Below, piece after piece: positions 1 to 8,600 of a stretch of 14,548 nucleotides of DNA. The first letter of the stretch is position 1. Each line of letters starts with the position of its first letter. Under the pieces are notes generated by a model. The model was given only the letters and a program-made list of their open reading frames with translations, was not told where the DNA came from and did not search any database. Origin of the DNA: Paraspadella gotoi (Eukaryota; Animalia; Chaetognatha); the NCBI GenBank assembly GCA_051294375.1, contig JBJCIZ010000936.1, positions 1 through 14,548 on the forward strand. Direction: 5' to 3'. A program made the translations under genes and the position numbers.

Positions 1-41
1 GGACCGACAAAGTGAATTATAGAGTCGGGAACTGCTGATAG
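1..41 (-). mobile_element. 5' fragment of DINE-1/HINE-like repeat, cut by the window edge
   Basis: GGACCGACAAAGTGAATTATAGAGTCGGGAACTGCTGATA is the reverse complement of the family's 5' block seen at 68-125 and 4260-4310. Confidence 0.65.
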
Positions 42-61
42 TTACAAAATTGATTTTTTTA

Positions 62-527
62 TTTTTAGTCGGATCTGCTTATCGCAAATTCCGACTCTAT
101 AATATAATTCACTTTGTTGGTCCGTCTGTCCACCCCCCCCCAATCTTGTCAGTCATTCACTTAAAACATGTCAGAACATCAAATTATGATAAATTATTTT
201 TTTAAAAATGGGGTCCGTCCGTCTGTCCGTCCCCCCTTAGCATTATACTCCAATTACTCGTGATTGGATGGATGGATTAGAATGAAATTTTGTGTGTGGG
301 TAGGAAAGTTTGTGATTGAGCTGGATATAAAGTTTCGATGGAATCGTATGAGTGGAAATAAGTTTAAATGGGAAAAAAAACAAATGTCATATTATTTGAA
401 GTATTTTTACTTATATTTACTCATAATTATTATCTTTATTAAAAATTTGATAGATAAATTAAAATGAAATTTTGTGTGTGGGTAGGAAAGTATGTGATTA
501 AGCTGGATATAATTTTTTGATGGAATT
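62..527 (+). mobile_element. 3'-truncated DINE-1/HINE-like (Helentron-associated) non-autonomous element
   Basis: Starts with a T-run, then GTCGGATCTGC plus a partial inverted copy, a GTCC/GTCT microsatellite (~213-232) and repeated core units (TGAAATTTTGTGTGTGGGTAGGAAAG at ~283 and ~465). Colinear with 4254-4560. Confidence 0.65.
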
Positions 528-531
528 GAAT

Positions 532-754
532 TGAACAAATTCTGCAAGTTGAAACAAATTATACCAGTTGATAAAATTATGCCAGAAGACCAAATTATGA
601 CAGTTGACCAAATTATGCTGATTTACTAAATTATGCCAGTTGAGCAAATTATGCCAGTTGACCAAATTATACCAGTTGACCAACTTCTACCAATTGACCA
701 AATTATGCCAGTTGACCAAACTATGCCAGCTGACCACATTTTGCAAGTTGATCA
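532..754 (+). repeat. 18-bp minisatellite, consensus GTTGACCAAATTATGCCA, about 12 units
   Basis: Tandem units read directly. They translate as (VDQIMP)n and explain the overlapping repetitive ORFs in several frames. Confidence 0.9.
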
Positions 755-1247
755 AAACCAGAACCACGGACCCTTGGGTTGGGAGGCGAATGACCCGCCT
801 CCGGCACCAATGGCCGCTGATGAACGGTTGATGGATTTTAGTCCACCATAACAGTTTAAATATTTGCAACAACAATTTATTATTAGCCCTGGGAATCTTC
901 CCTCAAGGAAGCCTACCCAATCCAGCACTAACATGCTCGGTCGAACTGTCTTTTCAACCAATGACACGTCAATGACCCGGCCAAGCCTCTCATTTGCAAA
1001 AGCCAACGGGGGCCAGCTCATTTTGATCTCTTTCTTAACTCTTAACCTTTCACTTTACTAATTACTTTACTATCCCTCACCAATTGTATTTTTCATTTTT
1101 TATTTTCTTTCTTTTTTTCTTCAATTATTTATCAATACATGGTGATAATTTTACAAGCTGTCATTTGCAAACCAGTGGTTAATTCATTGATTTTAAAAAT
1201 TAGTTGAGTAGAATTTTATATTGATCAGTTAAGTTATGCCTTGACAA

Positions 1248-1577
1248 CATCATAGATGAATGAAACCCGGAAACAGAGGAAAGGATTAAGGAAGAGGATT
1301 CCGGAAGAGGAAGAAGATTCTGGAATGATTTTGAATGGGATTTTGGAAGCCAAATCCAGAAAAGGAACAATAGTTTCCGGAAGAGGAAAAGAAGGTTCCA
1401 GAAGAGGAAGAGGAGGATTCCGGAAGAGGAATCTGGCTTCGTCTACTTGCCCATTATAAATAGCCTCTGTTTCTGCTTTGATTCACTGTCTGAAAATTGA
1501 CACTGTCTTCATGTCTATATTCTGAGAATAAAATTCCACTTTGGTTTCATATTGAAATCTCTGTCTACTTACTTAAA
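1248..1577 (+). mobile_element. 330-bp insertion with target-site duplication, solo-LTR-like internal organisation
   Basis: Flanked by TGACAA (1242-1247 and 1578-1583). The other arm shows the empty site with a single TGACAA (revcomp of ~3047-3060). Contains GA-rich repeats, TATAAA 1455-1460 and AATAAA 1527-1532. It lacks canonical TG...CA ends. Confidence 0.65.
1312..1488 (+). promoter_or_regulatory. Putative Pol II promoter: two nGAAnnTTCnnGAAn heat-shock elements, TATA box and Inr-like motif
   Basis: GAAgaTTCtgGAA 1313-1325, GAAggTTCcaGAA 1391-1403, TATAAATA from 1455, TCACT at 1483 (28 nt after the TATA start). Motif evidence only. Confidence 0.5.
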
Positions 1578-1865
1578 TGACAATGAGTGGAGAAAGTTGG
1601 CTTGTAAAATTGGGTTTCATTTTCCAACTCACTGTTTTTAAATTTTTTTTTTTTAACTTTTAGTACTTTTTTAAGTATTCAATAAGATATTAACAATCTT
1701 AATAGCCCCTTAAAAAAATGAAGAGAATGATATACTTATGAAAGCTCTAACATAAAAATAAGCTGCCCAGCCTTGGTTCAATTAAGAGAGTCAATAGTTA
1801 ATTATCTAAAATTTTAAATCTTTTTTTAAAATATATGACCTGTTTTATTATAATTATTATAACAT

Positions 1866-2234
1866 AAAATATTATTGTTGTACATTGCACATTGTATTAT
1901 TTTTCAAGTTCTCTCACTCTCTCCTTCTCTCTCTCTCTCTCTCACCATTTCAATTTCTTTTCACAAACTGGCTCTATTTGTTTCACCTTAATCTGTCCTC
2001 ACAATTGACCACTATCCTTTCTCAACTCTGTGTTGGAAACTTTGCCCTCTCTCTCTCTCTCTCACTCTTTCTTTATGCACATAATTTGTTTCAAATTCAC
2101 TAACTTTTTTAATGCTGATGAAGGCTTGTAGTTAAGCCGAAACATGTCCGTTTTTATTAAAAATAAAATCGTTGTTGAAAATTCATTTCAAACTCATCTA
2201 ATTATTACACAACGAAAAGAAAGGATTATACCAC
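1866..2234 (+). mobile_element. Hammerhead-bearing short retroelement, copy 1 (Penelope pLTR-derived or retrozyme-like)
   Basis: Flanked by a 14-bp direct repeat AATTATTATAACAT (1852-1865 and 2235-2248). Homologous to ~3240-3580. Contains (CT)n tracts, a hammerhead and AATAAA at ~2162. Confidence 0.65.
2105..2163 (+). ncRNA. Minimal type I hammerhead ribozyme, intact core
   Basis: CTGATGA 2115-2121, extra A, helix II GGCTT/AAGCC (2123-2127/2134-2138), GAAA 2139-2142, palindromic helix III ACATGT, GTC triplet 2146-2148, helix I AATG/CGTT with distal TTTTTAAT/ATTAAAAA potential. Confidence 0.8.
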
Positions 2235-2491
2235 AATTATTATAACATTCATGACATAAAGGTGCCCCTATAGACCTTTCCCCAGTATGTATCCCTATCA
2301 GAACATACAATTATACTTCGTAGTCTTATCCCTATTAGTTTTTTTAAAAAAAAATCATATATAACTTTGGTCCCCCATCAAAAAATTATCCATTCCCACC
2401 CCTTTCTGTTCAGCCTATTAGATATTATGATTTTTCATTAATGACTTTCTAACAGGAATGATGTGTGATATCTATTAGAAAACTAGGACAG

Positions 2492-2575
2492 ATTGTAATC
2501 TAACCTTGTGTTGTGTAGATGCTCCCTCTATTTCCAGAAGACAACACTGACTTCCCATTCCCAAAATGAGTTATT
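2492..2575 (+). repeat. Dispersed repeat fragment, inverted partner at ~13428-13511
   Basis: TAACCTTGTGTTGTGTAGATGCTCCCTCTATTTCCAGAAGACAACACTGACT closely matches the reverse complement of ~13449-13502. Confidence 0.8.
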
Positions 2576-2739
2576 AGATATAATGATAAGTAAAAAATTT
2601 TTAAGAAAGCAATATATATATATTTAAAGAATATAGATTAAAAGGTAAATCTTTCATAAAATATAAAAATAAAAAATAGTGAAACAAGTAATTTGAAAAT
2701 TTTCATAAAATATTATTATTTATATAAGTTTCATGAAAG

Positions 2740-3205
2740 AGCCTGAAAAAAAGAGATTTAAGATAGCCAATCACAATTTGATAAAAATCCTAAATTTACC
2801 CTCCAGCTATTGATTTTTGGAAAGATGTTTTGTTTTTGAGTATCCTAATTAAATTAAAGCTGGGCCGGTTATATTTTATTCTACAGTATTTGTAAGTATA
2901 TCATTCTCTTTAGATTTAAAAGGGCTTTCAGAAGATAATAATATTAATATTATTTTATTTCAAATTTCTTCAGAAAACTTACTGAAAGTAAGAGAAAAAA
3001 AAGTGAGTTGGAAAATGAAACCCGATTTTACAAGCCAACTTTCTCCACTCATTGTCAAGGCATATCTTAACTGATCAATATAAAATTTGAACACATAAAT
3101 GACTTTAATATTTTCTACTCAACTAATTTTTAAAATCAATGAAATAACCACTGGTTTGCAAATGACAGCGTTTTTTTACCGGCGCTTGTAAAATTGTCAC
3201 ATGTA
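2740..3205 (-). repeat. Right arm of the long inverted repeat, uninterrupted
   Basis: Reverse complement of 1136-1830 minus the insertion. Outer ends read TACATG (1136) and CATGTA (3205). Confidence 0.75.
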
Positions 3206-3239
3206 GTTAATTGTTAATGTTAAAAAATCTCAGTATACA

Positions 3240-3580
3240 AAAATCTTTTCAACTGTTGTACATTAAGAAATGTATTATTTTCTCTCTCCCTGTCTCTCTT
3301 TATCTCTTCCCAATTGACCATTTCACTTCTTTTCAAAAACTGAATTCATTCTGCCCTTACTCTTGGCCTATTCTCACCACTGATCACTGTCCTTTCTAAA
3401 CTCTGTGTCGAAAACTTTGCCCTCTCTCTCTCCCCCCCTCCTTTAAATGAAAAATTTGTGAATAATTCACAAAACATTTTTGCGCTAATGAAGGCTCGAA
3501 TTTGAGCCGAAATATGTTCGTCCTTTAATAATAAATTGTTGTTGCAAATATTTAAACTGTCCATAAAAAAATAATTAGAA
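3240..3580 (+). mobile_element. Hammerhead-bearing repeat, copy 2
   Basis: Shares TGTTGTACATT, TGTATTATTTT, AACTCTGTGT(T/C)G(G/A)AAACTTTGCCCTCTCTCTC, the hammerhead and AATAAA..GTTGTTG with copy 1 in the same order. Confidence 0.7.
3481..3522 (+). ncRNA. Degenerate type I hammerhead (core G5->A, probably inactive)
   Basis: CTAATGA 3485-3491, helix II GGCTC/GAGCC, GAAA 3509-3512, then TATGTT in place of CATGTC. Confidence 0.65.
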
Positions 3581-3639
3581 TTATATCTCGAACTTACTTC
3601 TTCTTCTTCCCTGTTCTTCCCTTCCCCTGTTCTCACATC

Positions 3640-3785
3640 TTTGTTGGAAATTTTCTCTCTCTCTCTCTTTCCTTAACTTATGTCTTCAAATATTTGTTAT
3701 TGTCAAACGCTGATGAAGACTCGAACCCTAAGAGTCGAAACAAATATTAAATAATAAATTTACTTTACATTACGAGAGAGAAGTC
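3640..3785 (+). mobile_element. Hammerhead-bearing repeat, copy 3 (short, tandem to copy 2)
   Basis: TGTTGGAAATTTTCTCTCTCTC, hammerhead core, AATAAATT and TTACATTACGAGAGAGAAG, which resembles the copy 1 end TTACACAACGAAAAGAAAG. Confidence 0.6.
3689..3748 (+). ncRNA. Truncated hammerhead (core and helix II intact, cleavage-site strand missing)
   Basis: CTGATGA 3710-3716, GACTC/GAGTC (3718-3722/3732-3736), GAAAC 3737-3741. There is no following ATGTC-CGTTT. Flanks AATATTTGTT/AACAAATATT are complementary. Confidence 0.6.
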
Positions 3786-4041
3786 GCGGCGTCTTTGGTC
3801 GTCGATATCAGACATCGTTTGAGCGGCGAAACAGATATTTTATTATCACTGTGACTATCATTATCAGTTAACGAAAGGATTATCATTATCATAAAGAACA
3901 GTATTGCTGAGGTTTAATAAAAAAAATGATGGGTAATTATTAGGAAAAGGCAAGTGTTACTGAAGAAAAATGATAAAGGTGGTGCTAATTAATTCAATTA
4001 ATTATGATTTCAACAACAACATATCCAACAACAACATCACG

Positions 4042-4250
4042 CACTTTCCTACCCACACACAAATTTTAATCTCAATCTAACCATCCAATTATGATTAAAC
4101 TCATTTCCACTTTCACGATTCCATCGAAACTTTATATCCAGCTCAATCACACACTTTCCTACCCACATACAAAATTTCATTCCAATCCATCCATTCAAAC
4201 ACGAGTAATAGGAATTTTTTGCTAAGGGAGGATGGACAGATGGACGGACA
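4042..4250 (-). mobile_element. Internal fragment of the DINE-1/HINE-like family, inverted
   Basis: Reverse complement of ~215-370 (CTTTCCTACCCACACACAAA, GATTCCATCGAAACTTTATATCCAGCTCAATCAC, GGACAGATGGACGGAC). Confidence 0.75.
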
Positions 4251-4253
4251 TCG

Positions 4254-5117
4254 TTTTTAGTCGGATCTGCTTATCAGCAGATCCCGACTCTAATTCACTT
4301 TGTCGGTCCGTCGGTCCGCCCCCTCAATATTATCGGGCACACACTTATATCATGTCAGAACATAAAATTATGATATATTATGCAAACAAAATGTTTGTCC
4401 GTCCGTCCCACCTTAGCAAAAAACACCAATTACTCGTGATTGGATATATGGATTTGAATGAAATTTTGTGTGTGGGTAGGGAAGTGTGTGATTAAGCTGG
4501 ATATAAAGTTTTAATTGAATCGTCTGAGTGGAAATGAGTTTAAATGGAAAAAACAAAAAAATATATTTCACTATTTGAACACTAATTACTCATGAGTGGA
4601 TTGGGCAATTGACTTGAAATTTTTTATTTGGGTAGAAAAGTATGTGATTAAACTGGAAAGCAAGTTTTGATGGAATCGTCCTAGTGGAAATGAGTTTAAA
4701 TGGAAAAAAAAACCTGTTTCACTAATTGATTATGCTTCTTTTTCCTTTTATATCAAATGTAAATTCAGGATGTATTATTGAATCAAATAATTAATCAATT
4801 AGTCAATAAATAATTAATCAGTCAATAAATCAAGTCAATCATTATTGGCATTATTCTCATTGTCGTTATTGTTTTTGTCGTGGTTAGTGATAAAAAGAAC
4901 CAAAAAAAAACTTTTGGGATCAAATTAATTAATTAACTTGAATAATGAATATGAATAATTTAATTATTAATTAATTAATTAATTGAATAATGAATATGAA
5001 TAATTTAATTATTAATTAATTAACTTGAATATTAATATGAATAATTTAATTATTAATTAATTAATTACCGATAATGATCGTGGGCAGATCCGACATTTTT
5101 TGCTCAAACTTGTTTTT
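4254..5117 (+). mobile_element. Apparently complete DINE-1/HINE-like element
   Basis: T-run, 5' subTIR GTCGGATCTGC 4260-4270, adjacent inverted copy GCAGATCCCGAC 4277-4288, GTCC microsatellite, tandem core units (~4440-4720), AT-rich tandem array, 3' subTIR GCAGATCCGAC 5084-5094, end CTTGTTTTT 5109-5117. Confidence 0.7.
4922..5067. repeat. AT-rich tandem repeat, ~42-45 bp unit, about 3 copies
   Basis: Repeated TTGAATAATGAATATGAATAATTTAATTATTAATTAATTAA. Confidence 0.85.
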
Positions 5118-5131
5118 GCTTAATTTAGCCT

Positions 5132-5249
5132 AATATGATGTTCTGATGTGATAAAAATGATTTACCGACAAGATTTAGGGGTGGGACCGACGGATCGACA
5201 AAGTGAATTATAGAGTCGGAATCTGCTGTTAAGCAGATCCGACGAAAAA
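5132..5249 (-). mobile_element. 5' fragment of the DINE-1/HINE-like family, inverted
   Basis: GTCGGAATCTGCTGTTAAGCAGATCCGAC (subTIR plus IR hairpin) followed by AAAAA. GACAAAGTGAATTATAGAGTCGG is shared with the start of the window. Confidence 0.75.
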
Positions 5250-6316
5250 TATCGAATCAGGATGAAGTCCAACTTTTTGTTGGATCGACTCCTCAGTAAG
5301 GCGTAGTGAAAGTTACATACGAAAATTCTAAACCAGAGAGGAGATAGTATCATAACTGCATAAAGGCTATGTGGCCATGTACAAAACAGTTTTTCAAATA
5401 GGACAAATCTGTACTAAATTATAATTTGTAAAGCTTTTTTGATAGCTTAAGAATTTATATACTATTTCTATTAATTTAATACATTTTTTCAATGCTAAGC
5501 AATACAATAGAACAGTGAATAAAGCATTTTCACAATGAGCAACTGAATAAATTTTAACGTTGCAGTCCCGAGTCACTAATATCACACATTTTTCACAGGA
5601 TAGGACGGTCAATCCAAAAAATCTTAAAGAGCAGAAGGATTGTCGCAATCCCGTAAGAACAAATCCTACGATGACGACCACATATACTATATAATATTCA
5701 TAATATCCAGATCGTTAATGTGAATTAATATATTTGTTTACGCAGCAGGTTAAAGATCATAATTCAGGACAGAGAAGTTGTGGATTCCCTTCGCTCGTTT
5801 AAGAAAAAAAATTAGCTAAGCGGAATTATATAGTCTTGTAAGAGGAAAGTCAGAATCGCGAAAAATTCTTCAAAAGGCGATGATGTTTGAAAAAAGGGGA
5901 GCGCAATTTCTTGATGCGGTTCCTAAGATTTCTCACACATGTGAGGTCCGATTAAAGCAAAACTGTGAGACTTTACGAAGTATCTCCCATCAATATCCAC
6001 ATCTATCGTGGATTATAAAAATATAAGAAAAAAGTCACTGGCTTTCTTTTTCTAATATGCGGCTTCCTATAAATTCAAGTGTATTACATATAATGATATT
6101 TTTAGTTCAAAGATTTAAATGTAGCAAAACAAAGTAGAGATGAGAGAGATAGGCAAGAAATTGTAATTCACTTCATATTTATAGCTTCGTAAAAGTAAAG
6201 ACGTTTCTTCCCCAAATAGAGGATAATTCAAGAACTCAACTCTTCTACTAAATTCAAGGTAAATCTCGATAACAAATATACGTCACGATCGATCGAACAT
6301 GAAATAGATGCTCTAT

Positions 6317-6602
6317 TGTAGAAGTACGAAGAATGTAATAATAAATATGAAGAGAGAAGTGAAGATTGTGACGATGTAAAGAGAAGTAGAAAAGAAGTGA
6401 GTCTTAGCTCTCTCCTGATCCATCTTTTATCATCGGCCCGACCTAACTTGACTTACGGTCGCCTCAGGCCTATTACTGTGTCCGGTCAATCTAAGGTCAT
6501 TGCCCAAAGCTAGGGGCAAAGTGACGTGTGGAATAGACCGGCCTCGAAGAAAGAGGAGAGAGGAAGGGTTTAGTGAGAGAGACCTGTAGGTAAGTCGCCT
6601 CA
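6317..6602 (-). repeat. 3' LTR (286 bp)
   Basis: TGTAGA...GGTAAGTCGCCTCA, a direct repeat of 13009-13316, adjacent to the PPT. Confidence 0.9.
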
Positions 6603-6612
6603 TCCCCCCTCA
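6603..6612 (-). other. Polypurine tract
   Basis: Minus strand reads TGAGGGGGGA immediately before the 3' LTR. Confidence 0.85.
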
Positions 6613-7479
6613 AAGTTCGGACCTTAGGGGTTCGACTGACCCTATTTAAGTTGAGGTTGACTTGTACTTACTAGTTTGAATGGAACAAAGTACTTTACAA
6701 TATTGTTTCTCCTTGGGCGAATACTTGGCGCTAAACAATAAGGTCTAGGATGAAACAATTGGGGGGGAAAAAAAGAAGACCACTAAAAAGGGTTTTGTCT
6801 TCTACAATAAATATTTACATATATCTTCTTTCTGCAAAAAATATTTTGTGAAGAATTTTAACAAAACAGGAAGTTAGGGCAGATAGGAAAATGATTGTTT
6901 GGTCAATAGTGTTTTGATGAATCTGGCTTGCTATTCAGGCAAGCTTGGTTAAATCATGAAAATAACCAGTCTTGTTGATGATTTGTTTTTGATGATTACT
7001 TTGCATGTTAGGCAAGTTGATCGATTAATCGGTACAGTGACCAACTGGTGATGATTTGGTGATAGTGCTGATAACCGGTTATCTAACAATCAAGCGGATC
7101 TGCGAAATGATGATAGATCTTAGAAATCTAATACAATATACTATCTATTCCTTCAGAACCCAGACGATGGTATTGTCTTGCAGCGTGGCTTGTCTCGTGA
7201 GGTTGGATTCGTGTTGGGTTGTCGAGGTGGATCGTTGTCGTTGGTGGCCGTTTGCTGTTGCTGTGGAGGTTCTTGTTGCACGGTTGCTGTTGAGGTTGGG
7301 TCGCCCTGAGGAATATAAATGTTGGGGAAGGAGTGGAGTCGGCCGCTGGGCTGGATGACTCTTGCTCTATTATTTGTTTGACCTTTACCTAGGAGAACGA
7401 CTCGCCTGTTGCTGGCTGGTGTCGTCCTCCGATCTTGGAGCTGCTGGAGGTGTTGTCTGGACATCCGGTTCTGGTGTTG

Positions 7480-8600
7480 CTGGCTTGATCTGTCGGATGG
7501 AGGATCTTCTCTGTCCTCACCAGGGATGTCCACTGTGAAGGTCTTGTCATCTCTTTGAGACTACTTTGTAAGTGGCCCAAGGTAGGGCGTAGCGAGAGAG
7601 TGACCTCTGTTGGCCACTGGAAGCACAAAACCCAGTTGCTGCTGAGGCAAGACTGTGAGGAAAGATGAACAGGTGGGGTTTGAGTGCCGAATTAGGAACT
7701 TAGCTGGTCTCAAAAATGGCAACGTCGTGTCTCAAGTTTTGCAGCTCATTTTGGGCATTTGCTCCTTGTTGGCTGTGTACTATTACCAGTTAGCTGGGTT
7801 GCTATTGTCTCTCCGAATAACAAGTTCGTGGCTGGTGATGCTTGTAGTTCTTTCTTTTGGTGGCAGACCTGAGTCGCTAATAAGACGCCAGGGTAAGTTG
7901 ATTGAACCAATTTGCAGCGCGGACGCATCACAACGCGCTTCAACTGATGCCCTTCCATGGAACGGTGGAACCGTTCGACCATCCGTTCGCCTGCGGGTGG
8001 TAAGCTGTGGTGGTGTTGAGGCTTGTACGCCTAATAGATTTGGCTCAGCTGATGCCACATATTCAGAAGTGGAATTGTGTTCCCAGGTCGAAGTGACTGT
8101 GGCTGGTACGGTCCGAGATCTGGTCGAATCCCACGTTCTGAAGGAAGGCTGTTGCTAACGTTAACTTGAGGAGATATCAGCCGAAGGGGATATGCTTCAG
8201 GCCAACGAGAAGAACGGTCTATCACAGGTTAAAAGGTACGTGTAAACCGCCTGAAGTGGGCAATGGGACGGCCAGCTCTAAGTCAATGTGAACATGTTTC
8301 GAGAACCCGCCCTCGATGGTGCTTCGAAAGGTTTGTAGTGGAGCCTGGGTGTGTCGTTGTAACTTCATTGCCTGCTGCTGGCAGTCAAGGGCAAGCCTGA
8401 GCCCATTTGCCACGTCTGACGCGGCTTTTGGCGCAAACAAATCTCTTTGTTCAGCTTTTTTGTGCATCTGAACGCTTGCCGAGTAGCACGGTTTGGATGG
8501 GCATCAATAAACTCGAGCGGCAGGCCATGTTGTGGAACCAGGGCGCGCCTTGCCTGAACTTGCCATCGCCAGATGATGTCAAAGTCGTTCAGCGCGAACT
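7480..8600 (-). pseudogene. pol: Integrase domain of pol, frameshifted
   Basis: Fragments across frames: C..C-QQ..KLQRHTQAPLQTF, HVHIDL..PLPTSGG, IDRSSRWPEAYP, MVERFHRSM, LPW, ASPA..LFGE, and a GPY/F-like region near 7570-7590. Confidence 0.9.

Larger units (their letters stand above)
1136..1830 (+). repeat. Left arm of a long inverted repeat, interrupted by the 1248-1577 insertion
   Basis: 1136-1247 matches the reverse complement of ~3051-3205, and 1578-1633 matches that of ~3002-3057. AGAGAATGATATACTTA (~1722) and GCCCAGC (~1765) also have inverted partners at ~2893-2909 and ~2859-2865. Confidence 0.8.

Noticed and set aside
532-754. CRISPR-like array
   Set aside because: Contiguous 18-bp units with no unique spacers, no cas genes and a eukaryotic context.
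752-1061. Overlapping 89-aa (-) and 65-aa (+) ORFs in a GC-richer patch
   Set aside because: No recognisable motif or splice support, so a CDS cannot be supported.
1256-1459. 67-aa R/G/E-rich ORF
   Set aside because: By-product of the GA-rich repeats inside the insertion.
2270-2310. Faint resemblance to the Tc1 transposase SPDLNPIE motif in the centre of the inverted repeat
   Set aside because: Requires several edits and no other transposase motif is visible.
3689-3822. Rescue of hammerhead copy 3 as type III, or via CGTTTGA at 3816-3822
   Set aside because: The type III fold leaves no viable helix I, and the distal option lacks the required U16.1 of an NUH triplet.
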